The position numbers and the translations under genes are program-made. From the human T2T-CHM13v2.0 reference genome, Homo sapiens: a DNA stretch of 64,000 nucleotides. The stretch lies in assembly GCF_009914755.1 (NCBI RefSeq), contig NC_060925.1, one strand, 5' to 3'. The notes under the pieces were generated by a model. It did no database searches. It saw only the letters and a list, made by a program, of their open reading frames with translations, and was not told the DNA's origin. This document shows, piece after piece, positions 29,199 through 51,490 of the stretch; position 1 is the stretch's first letter; each line of letters starts with the position of its first letter.

Positions 29199-29367
29199 TT
29201 AAAAATTAGATAGGTGTGATGGTGGGCACCTCTAGTCCTAGCTACTAGGGAGGTTGAGGGGGAGGATTGCTTGAGCCCAGAAGTTTGAGGCTATAGTGAG
29301 CTATGATTATGCCACTGCACTCTAGCACCTGGGCGACAGAGTGAGACCCGCCTTAAAAAAAAAAAAA

Positions 29368-35340
<5,973 letters not shown>

Positions 35341-35544
35341 ACCTCACCAGGGTCCTACAAATTTAGGTACTGTTATTGTTCTCATTTTACATTTGAGGAA
35401 TCTGAGGCACAGATAAATTTATAAACTGGCCCAGTGTTGCATACCTAATAAGAGGTAGTGCACTGATTCAAATCCAGGCAGTCTATCTCTGCAGCCCACA
35501 CTGTTAGCCACTAGTATGTCAGAAATTCAAAACTTCAAAGTCAA

Positions 35545-36540
35545 TGCCTAACCAACCCAGGAGCAGTGAACACCACCAGATGCCTGATCAAGGTCTTGAA
35601 ATACCATCTCCCATTAAAAAGAGCCAGGTTCCTTGGAGAAATGGCTGATTTAAGGTCTGGGTCAGGAAATGAACAAGAGAAACCTGAAGCACCTTGTCAT
35701 ATAGATAACAAGCTATTGAAGACTAATAGGATCATTCCAAAAGAAGAGGACTCTCAAGAGCCAACTTAAAGAGGCTCCCAATGGCCAAAGATGTGACAGT
35801 TTGAATATCAGTAGGGATAACAATAGCAATAGATTGAAGCACATCAAACATGTTTAAATCTATGAGTTCATAATGATGCTCAAAAATTGGTCATGTTTAA
35901 GAGATAATTGGGATGTTAAGTTGAAAACTGGTAAATAAATTTTTTTCCTGACATTCCTATGTGAACTGTATACCTGAATAACTACATAGTACATGATATG
36001 AAGTTCCTCTTTATAGGAATAATCCAGCTGCTAAATGACAAAGGAATGATAGAATTAGAGTGTCCCTTTTTTACAACCTCTAAAGTTGTGGTATGATCAT
36101 AGCTGACTGCAGCCTCAAACTCTTGGCCTCAAGCAATCCTCCCTCTTCTTCAGCCTCCCAAAGTGATGTGGTTACAGGCATGAGCCACTGTGCCCAACGT
36201 TTGTACTTAATTTTTTAAAAACTCTAAAAGAAATTGCAATTATGAGAAAATTGATAATTTGAACAATGACTCAATGTTTGATGATGTTAAGGAAATATTG
36301 TTAATATTTTAGATGTGATAATAATATGGTTTTTTAAGTCTTTATTTTTATTGGTGAAATTATATGCTCTGGGATTTGCTTCAAAATACTATGCAATGGG
36401 GTTGGGGGTAGAGATGAAACAGAATTGGCCCTGAGTTGATAATTATTGGAGTTGGGGGATGGATACATGGAAGTTCACCACTATTCTTTCTACTATTGCA
36501 TAGTTTAAAATTACCATAATGAAATGTTTTGTAAAATTAA
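35545..36540 (+). mobile_element. L1MC-type 3' region remnant
   Basis: ccaggttccttggagaaatggctgatt...gaggctcccaatggccaaagatg resembles the L1MC4 3' end (from memory). Confidence 0.55.
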
Positions 36541-36679
36541 ATGCCTAATTTTTGGGTTGCACAAAATACATACTGTTTCTAATAAAAATACATAAGTAAT
36601 TTGGTCCAAAATACTTTAGATATTAAGATGTAATGAATTTATTCTACTACCCATGTCTTTAATATATGTCCTTTCTGTT

Positions 36680-36738
36680 GAGAGAGAGGAGAGGAGAGGG
36701 GAGGGGAGGGGACGGGAGGGGAGGCAGAGAGAGAGAGA
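36680..36738 (+). repeat. (GA)n/(GGGGA)n purine tract with G-quadruplex potential
   Basis: Five runs of at least 3 G separated by 1-2 nt loops at about 36698-36721. Confidence 0.8.
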
Positions 36739-36786
36739 TGTGTTTATTGCATAGAAAATGCTAGTAAAGTCAGTGGGTACTAATAT

Positions 36787-36819
36787 CACTTGATCTTAGC
36801 CAAAAGGCTGAGAAGCGAT
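36787..36819 (-). pseudogene. 3'-truncated (tailless) U2 snRNA retropseudogene, U2 nt 1-33
   Basis: Minus strand ATCGCTTCTCAGCCTTTTGGCTAAGATCAAGTG vs U2 ATCGCTTCTCGGCCTTTTGGCTAAGATCAAGTG (32/33). TSD agtgggtactaatatc / aatggctactaatatc. Confidence 0.9.
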
Positions 36820-36907
36820 AATGGCTACTAATATCAAGCCAGTTCTTAATGGTGCCAGGCAATAGTACTACATTTCCTTAATCTATTCACTTGCTCACAT
36901 TCATAAA

Positions 36908-37079
36908 TCATACTTTATCGAATCTCAGATGCCATTGATTATAAGTTGTATTATTATTTTATATACTAATAAAAAACAATGCTCCTGATTAAACTATGGA
37001 ATGCCATCACTTGTAAGACAGCAATTTCACAGATGTTAAAATATGAAAAAATCATGTTTCAAAATCATCATAATACGGT
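36908..37079 (-). mobile_element. MER104/Kanga-like Tc2 MITE
   Basis: Minus strand ccgtatt...ttttttcatattttaacatctgtgaaatt...tcttacaagtgatggcat resembles MER104 (from memory). Confidence 0.55.
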
Positions 37080-37414
37080 ATTCATCTTTTCTGTCAAGTC
37101 TAAAATACTTTCCCCCTATCTTCATTTCAGCTTCCTATTTCACTGGGAAAATAGAAGCACTCAGAACAGGGCATCCTCTTTCTCCTACCACCATATTTGT
37201 CCACCTGTTTGGATCTGTACTTATAAACTCTGCCTCCCCTTTTATTTCAATGGAGATGAATTATCCATACTCTTACTTAGAATGATCCCTGTGATTGTGT
37301 ACTGGATTCCATCCCTTCTCTTCTCAAGGACATTCCTCCGAGTAACTAGCCTGTCTATCCTGAATTGTGTATTTCCCGCCTCTACTGGATCTTTTGTTTT
37401 ATTTTATTAACTAA

Positions 37415-37657
<243 letters not shown>

Positions 37658-37742
37658 TAAGCTTCCCAAAGTGCTGGGATTACAGGCGTGAGCCACTGCG
37701 CCCAGCCTAGATCCTTTTAATTAGTACATAAACTTACTATAA

Positions 37743-37931
<189 letters not shown>

Positions 37932-38559
37932 TAGAGATGAGGGTCTCACTATGTTGCCTAGGCAGTTTCAGACTCCTGGGCTCAACCAATCCTCCCACTT
38001 TGGCCTCCTGAAATGTTAGGATTACAGGCATAAGCCACCACACTCAGCCCCATCTTTGAATTTAAAAAAAAAAAAAAATTAGAACGTGGAAAAACGCAAC
38101 AACAAAAGATTAACAAAATCCCTATCCCATGATAGCCTTATTTTTCTGCTCACCTTAAAAACAAAACTTCTTAAAAGTATTGCGTATATTTGCTTTCTCC
38201 ATTTCCTCTCCTCCCATCCTTCCCTCCAACTCCTATCAAATTTTCATCAGACTTTATCAAACTTCCACCACTGCCAAAATGGCGTTTCAACATCACTGGT
38301 GACCATTGCTACAGTGGCCCATTCTTAATTCTCATTTTACTTGACCTATGAGCAACATTTGAGACAATGGGTCACTCCCTTCTTGAAACACTTCCTTCCC
38401 TTGGTTTTGCAGATCTAAACTCTCCTACTTTTCCATCTACTTCATGGATTATTCCTTCTCAGTCTTCTTTGTTGGATCCTCTTCACCTCTCCGACTTAAC
38501 CTGGTGCATTGCTAGAAGAAACCCTGCTGAGTAAGAGCAAATTGTTTTTAGCATACCGC

Positions 38560-39030
38560 CGATTTTACTTTCCAGTATTTAAAAATGCTGTGTATCCTTT
38601 TAAATGAAAACGACTTAAAAAGCGTGGCTCTCAGGCTAGCAATAGAGATACCAACCCGGGAATCTCCGCACCACCCCCCAAGAGGAAGCAGCGTCTGACG
38701 TCTTCCGGAAACGAGCTCCACTGGCCTTATGGGAAATGTGGTCTCCGACGGATGGCCTACACCCGGGAGGAGTCCAGGAACTCTAGGTGGACAGTTACTT
38801 CCGCACACGCGTAGTAGGACGGTAGCCGGTATTCAATCTTCAAATCAGCGCCGCGGGAAGTGCGGGCGGGTGTTGCTCCCCTGTCTCTGGACGACGCTGT
38901 GACTGATCCCAGGCTTGGAGCCGGAGCTGCGAGCGAGGCAGTGAAAGGGTGGCAGGTATGGCTTTGCTGGACTCGGAGGACGTAAGAGAAAGGCGGGGAC
39001 TGGCTTCTAGGTTTACCCTACCGAAGATAA
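38560..39030. promoter_or_regulatory. ZNF684 CpG-rich promoter
   Basis: TGACGTCTTCCGGAA (CRE-like plus ETS) at 38696-38710. Minus-strand ACCACATTTCCCATAAGGCC at 38723-38742 closely matches the extended ZNF143/THAP11 motif ACTACAnTTCCCAnAAnGC. Further ETS-like ACTTCCG and GGAAGTG sites. Confidence 0.8.
38870..38955 (+). other. ZNF684: ZNF684 non-coding exon 1 (start approximate)
   Basis: Donor CAG|GTATGG at 38955/38956, just downstream of the promoter motifs. Confidence 0.65.
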
Positions 39031-40336
39031 AACTTTAGTCTCCAAGCGCAGTGACTTCAGGTTTGGATATGTGGGTCCTGTTCAACTCGAGTAGCTGAGA
39101 GAAAGCAAGAGTTGGGCTCCGACTGGCACTGGGTAGATGTCCAGGGCTCTGGTGGGACTGGGAGAGGCTCAATTTGCATTCCTGCTCTTGTAGGTCAAGG
39201 TCACTATGTAGGAGTCTGTTCATCTAACTGTACCTTTCCTGGTTCCAAGAGCATAGTTGGCCCGACTGGAGCCTGCGACAATTTTAAGCCGTGTCAAGGG
39301 ATCCAGTGGAAACTGTAAGCTATTTCAAGGGATCCAGGAAGAAAGCATTCTTGAGAAACTGCTATGGATTAGAAGGGTATTCTCAGCAATCATTTGAAGT
39401 AAATGCTATTACCATTTTGCATATGAGTTAACTGAAGCTGAAAGGTGAAATTACTTGCCTGGACTCACACAGCTTAGTAAGTGGAAGAACTGAGATTCAA
39501 ACTCAGATACATTTTCTCCAAATTTCTTTTTTTTTTTTTTTTTACAGTATAGCATTCCTGCATAAAACAGAGTTGGGTTTATTCTCCTGAAATGTTTGAG
39601 CAATGAATGCTGAGTAAATTTCGATTTGTAGTCATTTTGTAGAGTCTCTTGGTGTATCTGCAGATCTTCCAGTGCAGACTGTGTAAATGAAGATGTGAGT
39701 CCCCGGTTTGCCCATTATACCCTTTCTAGAGCCCCAGCAGTTCTAAGCTCATAGGAGATGGCGAGTTTCTACAGAGAGAAACATTTGGAGTTTAAACTGA
39801 AGGATCCAGCTTAACAAAAAAAAAATAAAAAAAAGTGTTCCTGGGTCCCTGAATCCAGCCTTCTCAAGAAAGCCCAACCTAATTTGCAATCTCTTATCCC
39901 AGCTTCAGAGTAGAAACCAGAGAATCACAGGAAGGAATCATTTTTAGACTTACGGAGCTTCAGAGACCAAGCTTTTAAGTGAGTCAACTCATTCATTATT
40001 TCTTCAGGATAAATTTCTGGGAGGAAAAAAAATAACTGTTTCAAGAGGAACCACTTGGTGCTAGATCAGTAGGACAGAAACATATAACATCCTTATCTAA
40101 GCTCCATATATTCCTAACAATCACAAGTAGAGATCTGTGCTTATGGAACATGGACTTTTCTGTCTTGCTAGAAATGTCATTCTCCCCCACTAGGTGGCAT
40201 TTTCTGAGGCTGCAGTGTGGGTACTTATGGTCTGATAGAGCAGGGTTCTACTTTGCATGCAGTCCTGGTATCTCAGGTCTTTCTATTCTCTTCCCCATTT
40301 CTACTTTCGTAGATTTCTGTGTAAGAGCTGCAGAAA

Positions 40337-40351
40337 ATGATCAGCTTCCAG
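40337..40351 (+). CDS. ZNF684: ZNF684 first coding segment MISFQ (exon 40313-40351)
   Basis: Acceptor ctactttcgtag|A at 40312/40313; AAAATGATCAGCTTCCAG|GTAAGG; phase 0 join to the KRAB-A exon. Confidence 0.9.
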
Positions 40352-41013
40352 GTAAGGTATCCATCTATTCATCCAGTTGTTTAAATCTCCCAAAAATCCA
40401 TATGATAAAAAGGAAATGTATGGTCAGGAAAAATGTAAACCAAATAAAAGATCAAGTCTAAAAGGAAATTTAGAAGATTGGTAAGTTGATATTCAAGTCA
40501 TAGGGTTTGCAGATGGTTGGAACAAATTTGAGCTGCAAATGTGTACTCAGTCTTCCTGGAAATCATAGTAAATGGATAACCAGCCAGTTAAAAAGTATTG
40601 GCATTGCTGTGAAGATAAAGCAAAATTATTCTCCTTGTAAGTAAAGTTTTTCCTGACACAGTTCTTTGAAGAAAATCTTTTCTAATGAGTTTTCACATAG
40701 ATAACATTAGAAATAACATTCACAGCAGCAGCCTGCGATAAATACAGCATCAGGTTTCCTATGACTTTCTTAGAGTATTCCCTAGAGTAAGAACATAGTG
40801 CCAAGCAGCACTAAATGAACTCAATTTATAAGTCCAGGTATGTGGCCTTTTTAATGCCCACCTGGATCCATAAGTAAATCTTGTACCTTTTCCAGTCTCT
40901 AGCTATCCTGAGCATTTACTCTTCTACATGAATTTTAAGGTCATCAAAATAACAAATATTGTCAAGGTTCATAAAGCAGTATGTTAGGTATTCTTTTTTT
41001 TTTTTTTTTTTGA

Positions 41014-41331
<318 letters not shown>

Positions 41332-41534
41332 TAATTTGGAGAGAATTCATGACTTTTCAATGAGTCCTATTTATTCAGGTTTTCTTATAGGTCTTTTATT
41401 ATAATTTTTTTTTTTTTTTTTTTTTGAGACAGAGTTTCACTCTGTTACCCAGGCTGGAGTGCAGTGGCACAATCTTGGCTTACTGCAACCTCCATCTCCT
41501 GAGTTCAAGTGATTCTCCTGCCTCAGCTTCCTGA

Positions 41535-41747
<213 letters not shown>

Positions 41748-42378
41748 TAATTCCTGTACATTTCTTATATTTATTCTTACATATGGTTTTAGTTGCTATT
41801 GAGAATGAGGTAGGCCTTTTTTTCATTATCTCTTCTAATTGGCTATTTTGGTAAATAGAAAAATATGGACTTCTCTTGGCTGGGCATGGTGGTTCATGCC
41901 TATATTCCCAGCACTTTGGGAGGCTAAGGTGGGAGGATTGCTTGAGGCCAGGAGTTCAAGACCAGCCTGGGCAATATAGCAAGACCCCATCTCTAGAAAA
42001 AAAAAATTAATTAGCATGGCATGATGGCACACACCTGTAGTTCCAGCTACTAGGTAGGCTAGGGCAGGAGGATCTGTTGAGCCTAGAAGATCAAGGCTAT
42101 AGCTAGCTATGGTCACAGCACTGCACTCTAGCCTGGGTGACCCTGTCTCTGAAGAAAAGAAAAGATGGATTTCTCTATGTTGAATTTATATCCAGCCAAT
42201 GTACAGAACTCTTGTTAGATCTAAGAGTTCTTTAGTTGATTCTTCTATTTCTTAGGTAGACAATCATACATTCCAAATGGAGTTTTATCTCTTCCTGCCC
42301 AATATTTATACCTTCCCCCATATTTTCCTTGTCTCATTGCAATGGCCAGGACTTCTAGTCACTGCAGTTTTGAATAAA

Positions 42379-42669
42379 CAGCCATCCTGTGGTATCCATG
42401 GGAGACTGGTTGCAGAACTCCTGCAGATCCCCACATCTGAACATAATGAAGTCCCACAGTACAGTTGGCCCTGTGGAACTTAAGGATAGGAAAAGTTGGC
42501 CATCCATATTCATGGGTTTTGCATGGCAAGAATACTGTATTTTTTTTTATCTGCATTTGGTTGTAGATGCAGAACCTGCCAACCAAGGGCCAACTATATT
42601 CATTGCAAAAAAATCTGAGTATAAGTGGAACCAGGCAGTTCAAACCTGTGTTGTTCAGGGATTAACTGT
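42379..42669. mobile_element. MER2 (Tigger-derived) element
   Basis: cagccatcctgtggtatccatggg...ttcaaacctgtgttgttcagggattaactgta. Confidence 0.7.
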
Positions 42670-42971
42670 AATTGCTAGCCAGAAGTCTTTTTTGTCCTAA
42701 TTTTAATGGGAGTGCTCCCAGTGTTTCACCGTTTCCTCTTGTATTCTAGTAGATAGTTGTTTTTTTTTTTATTTTGTTTTTAATCAAGTTAAGGATTTTT
42801 AACTTGCAAAGATTATTTTAATAACTAGGGACTTTTGGCCTCATACCCTTTTTTAAAATAGCTGTCAGTAATATAATATATCTTGCCACCCTTAATATAC
42901 CAGTTTAGAGAATTTTCAGTGCATTTCCCAGTACTGAACTATCTATACATTCCTGGAATAAACCCTTCCTA

Positions 42972-43157
42972 GTCCTAACTTTTTCATAAAGGGTGAGATA
43001 GTAAATATTTTAGATTTGAAGGTCATACAGCCTCTGTGGCAACTACTCAACTCTGTCCTTGAAGCTGAAGTAAATGAATGAGTGTGACTATGTTTCAATA
43101 ACATTCTGTTTACAAAAACAGGAGGCCAGTCCATGGGTTACAGTTTCCTAATCCCTG
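42972..43157 (+). mobile_element. MER58A-like hAT MITE
   Basis: aaagggtgagatagtaaatattttag...gcaactactcaactctg...cagtttcctaatccctg. Confidence 0.7.
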
Positions 43158-43342
43158 CTGACAATGGTCTTAACTATCTCTTTTGTGGTAGATATGTAAC
43201 TACTTGTCTTTAATTTCGGTGCTTTTAACATTTATCCATTAAACATGATTTTGGAATTATGGTTAAAAGGACATATTTTAGCCGGGTGCGGTGGCTCACG
43301 CCTGTAATCCCAGCACTTTGGGAGGCTGAGGCGGGCAGATCA

Positions 43343-43626
<284 letters not shown>

Positions 43627-43680
43627 TTATTATGCTTACATGCATCTGGCATGTAAACCTTACAGTCTCAGTAACATCTT

Positions 43681-44384
43681 TTTTTTTTTTTTTATACTTT
43701 AAGTTTTAGGGTACATGTGCACAATGTGCAGGTTAGTTACATATGTATACATGTGCCATGCTGGTGCGCTACACCCACTAACTCGTCATCTAGCATTAGG
43801 TATATCTCCCAATGCTATCCCTCCCCCCTCCCCCCACCCCACAACAGGCCCCAGAGTGTGATGTTCCCCTTCCTGTGTCCATGTGTTCTCATTGTTCATT
43901 TCCCACCTATGAGTGAGAATATGCAGTGTTTGGTTTTTTGTTCTTGCGATAGTTTACTGAGAATGATGATTTCCAATTTCATCCATGTCCCTACAAAGGA
44001 CATGAACTCATCATTTTTTATGGCTGCATAGTATTCCATGGTGTATATGTGCCACATTTTCTTAATCCAGTCTATCATTGTTGGACATTTGGGTTGGTTC
44101 CAAGTCTTTGCTATTGTGAATAATGCCGCAATAAACATACGTGTGCATGTGTCTTTATAGCAGCATGATTTTTATTCCTTTGGGTATATACCCAGTAATG
44201 GGATGGCTGGGTCAAATGGTATTTCTAATTCTAGATCCTTGAGGAATCGCCACACTGACTTCCACAATGTTTGAACTAGTTTACAGTCCCACCAACAGTG
44301 TAAAAGTGTTCCCATTTCTCCACATCCTCTCCAGCACCTGTTGTTTCCTGACTTTTTAATGATTGCCATTCTAACTGGTGTGAG
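43681..44384 (-). mobile_element. Young 5'-truncated L1PA2-like insertion, antisense in ZNF684 intron 2
   Basis: Poly-T plus L1 3'UTR with cccactaactcgtcatctagc (GAG state, not the Ta ACA). Perfect 19-bp TSD acagtctcagtaacatctt at 43662-43680 and 44385-44403. Confidence 0.9.
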
Positions 44385-44559
44385 ACAGTCTCAGTAACAT
44401 CTTATGGCACTTACGTTTACTTTGTAGAGTCTAATAGAGTGTAAGATCCCTGAGAGGAGTAATAATTTTATTTCTTTTGATATCTCCAGTATAGGGTTGG
44501 TAGAGCCTCATTAAATATTTTATAAGTGAACAAATAAGAATATGTAAGTGATATTTTTA

Positions 44560-47560
<3,001 letters not shown>

Positions 47561-47690
47561 AGTTGGATATGTTTAATAAGATTTTTCTTACTATCACAAA
47601 GCATATTTCCGAATCAAGCATGTAATCATTATAACTGATTTTCTACAAACTCAACAGTGAACATGATATGATATTAAGGAGCTGCCTTGA

Positions 47691-47894
<204 letters not shown>

Positions 47895-48778
47895 TAACTT
47901 TTCAGTGTAATTCAGTGTATACTAATAGTGCTCATTTTTTAAGACTTGGGAACGTTTGCCAATTGTGGTCGCTCATGCTTATAATCCCAGCACTTTGGGA
48001 GGCAGGAGAATTGCTTGAGCCCAGGATTTCAAGACCAGCCTGAGCAACGTTGTGAGACTGTCTCAACAAAATTTAGCTAGGTGTGGTGGTACATGCCTGT
48101 TGTCCCAGCTACTTGGGAGGCTGAGGTGGAAGGATCGCTTGAGCCTAGGTGTACCACTGCATTCCAGCCTGGGTGACAGAGTGAGACCCTATCTCAAAAA
48201 AAAAAAAAAAAAAAAATCGTATGAAAACTGTGAGCATTCTGAAGCATTAATCAGCTGGGCCCTACATTTTAGTTGTCAAAGATTCTGAGTCCCCTCTGAG
48301 CTTCACGTAGTCTGCTTATTCTTCTCCTTCCCAGATGGAGGAGAAGGGTCTGTTCTGTTTTTTTTTTTTTGGAGGGGGGAAGGAGTCTCGCTCTGTCACC
48401 CAGGCTGAAGTGCAGTGGTGCAATCTCGGCTTCACCTCCCAGGTTCACGTCATTCTCCTGCCTCAGCCTCCCGAGTAGCTGAGACTACAGGTGCCTGCTA
48501 CCACGCCCGGCTAATTTTTTGTATTTTTAGCAGAGACAGGGTCTCACTGTGTTAGCCAGGATGGTCTCGATCTCCTGACCTCATGATCCGCCCGCCTCAG
48601 CCTTCCAAAGTGTTCGGATTACAGGCGTGAGCCACCGCGCCCAGCCTGGGTCTGTTCTGTTTTAAAGGCTGCTTGTTATCCTTTAAAAATCCTGAGACTC
48701 AAGGAGGTAACCCAAGTTGTGAGCTGGTTGTTTGCCTAGCACTTTGGCCCCACTTCTATGCTGTTTTCCCACCAACAG

Positions 48779-48874
48779 GATGTCCAATTACCAAAACAAA
48801 AGTGATCCTCAAGGTAGAGCAAGGACAAGAGCCATGGATGGTGGAGGGAGCGAATCCACACGAGAGCTCTCCAG
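48779..48874 (+). CDS. ZNF684: ZNF684 KRAB-B exon (96 nt)
   Basis: caacag|(G)[31 protein letters not shown]|gtgagt. Confidence 0.95.
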
Positions 48875-50186
48875 GTGAGTGAGAGAAATTCAGAAGGGGC
48901 TGTGTGGAGTTGAGATCCCCATTGGTCAGTGAGGGACAGGAAGTTCTGAAATACTCTTAGAAGCACCTCTTAAAAGCCACACACCTTTAACATAACATCA
49001 TCAGCCAGCTCCCCAAAAGCTGCCTTCACCTCCATTCTCCCCACACGTGCCCTTTCTCTTTGCTCAGCTGTTGTATGGAGGGTTGTCCCTCTCCTGTCTC
49101 CTCAGGCTTCTCACACTGCCTGTTTCATCTAGGTCCTTGCTTTGTTTATGTTCTCTTAATTCCTAAAACCCTCATTATTCTTCCCTTCTCAACATCGATC
49201 TTTTTCTATATACGTAGTCCTTATAATGAAGTTAAATTATCTGAATTTGAGGCGTTACTCTACCAATCACTGTCTAACCTTAAGCAGATTATTTTGTAGC
49301 ATAATTTTCTTTATTTATAAAATAGGAACATTAATCCTTACCTCAGGTTTCCTGTAAAGATTATATGAGGTAATACATGCAAAACACTTCAAATAGTTGG
49401 CAGATAGTAAATGTTCAGTATATGCTAATTATTTTTTTCAAAACTTTTAGGTACATCATGTTCTATTTTATTTTCCTTTTGTTTTTTCTTTAACTTATTC
49501 CTTTTCTTGCATCATAAATCCCATCTTGCATCTTTCTTCTCCCTGATAATTTGGGATATGTCTTGTAGCGCAACTTTCTGTTTCACTTGGTAATATTGAT
49601 AACTTTTTGAAATTCCCCTCCAGCTTTTTGTTGTCTTACTAATCTGTTCTCACCCTTTCTTACTGCTTATTCATCTTTTGCTCAGGCCTTCTCTTCCATC
49701 TTCTTGACTTCTCTCTACAATAACTCCCTCAGAAGCCTCATCACTCTGAAGACTAAAGTTACTTGTTTTATGCCAACTCTAGCATCTTTGCCTCACCAAC
49801 TTTTCATTCCCATAATTTTACTCTACCTGGCCTTCATGGTAACTAATTTTTTTATTTCTTCAATTGTCACCCTTAGCTTTATATCACAATAAATAATAAT
49901 GAATGGCCCCCTGCTTTGCAGTCTCAAAACTACTGCATTAAGCAATTTGATTTTTTTCCTGTCAATAGTTTCTCCTTAAATATGATACTAACTTATGGCC
50001 TATGATTTCAGCGATTAGTTTATTCAAGACTGATTCAAAATTAAATTTTCCCTTTCTGCAGAGTTCACAAAAGAACTCTTTCAAATGATTGACATATCTT
50101 TCAAATGATTGACACCAATTAAATATATTTCAGATTCCCTGGGACCCCAACTTCTGTTGACATAAACCAAATGACTTTTTTTTTAG

Positions 50187-50345
<159 letters not shown>

Positions 50346-50510
50346 TGATATTGTATCTAGACTGTTTATGTTACTGTTTTACAAATTACATTCTATTTTC
50401 TAGTTTACATTAGATATTTCTACAAGATTTATCCAAATTATTCTATTTCTGTTGTTGCTCTCCTGAAAAATGTAAATTATCCCCTTTATAACCTGTGTTG
50501 TGATATTTAA

Positions 50511-50825
<315 letters not shown>

Positions 50826-51466
50826 TAGCCAGGATGGTCTCGGTCTCCTGACCTCATGATCCTCCCGCCTTGGCCTCCCAAAGTGCTGGGATTACAGGCG
50901 TGAGCCACCTCGCCCAGCTTATATACCGTTTTCTTCTCTGCATCAATCCTTCTGATTCTGGTCTGTTCCTAAAACCAGCATTTTCTTAAGTCTGATTTCA
51001 GCTTTTCCTCTTTCATTGTAACTCCAGTCTAAATTAATCTTCACTTTCTTTGAACTCCCAAGCCAATTCTATTATGACTCTGTCATGAAAAATTTACATA
51101 TACTGTCTTGGATATATTTTTTTAATGCATGTGGCTTTTAAGGCCTGTTTTCTTTTTCTTTTTTTTTTTATGATAGTGCCTGAAGAGAATGACCTGTTTT
51201 ATGCAGAGCACATCATGGTATCCAATGAATATTTTATTAATTTATTGTTATAGAGCCAGACATTGTGGGGGATATTTCTTTTTTTATTTTTCTTTTTTTT
51301 CAGTATCCCTGTCATAGCAATGTGGGAGATGTTTCTTATTCTTCCATTCAACAAGGCTTTTAAAAATGTTACCTGAAAAGGTTCAAAGGAAGCAAAAATC
51401 TCATTACCATTTTCTAACTTATGAAAGGTAGTTGGAACAGCAAAACATGTTCATATTAAAATATTT

Positions 51467-51490
51467 TCCCTGGTGGTTTAGTGGTTAGGA
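51467..51490 (+). pseudogene. Retroposed 5' fragment (nt 1-24) of tRNA-Glu
   Basis: TCCCTGGTGGTTTAGTGGTTAGGA vs tRNA-Glu TCCCTGGTGGTCTAGTGGTTAGGA (23/24), followed by an A-rich tract; no anticodon or T arm. Confidence 0.8.

Noticed and set aside
39664-39694. Possible 31-nt alternative ZNF684 5'UTR exon (ctgcag|...GAT|gtgagt)
   Set aside because: Weak polypyrimidine tract; cannot be supported without transcript evidence.
51467-51490. Functional tRNA-Glu gene
   Set aside because: Only 24 nt present; no anticodon arm, B box or 3' acceptor strand.
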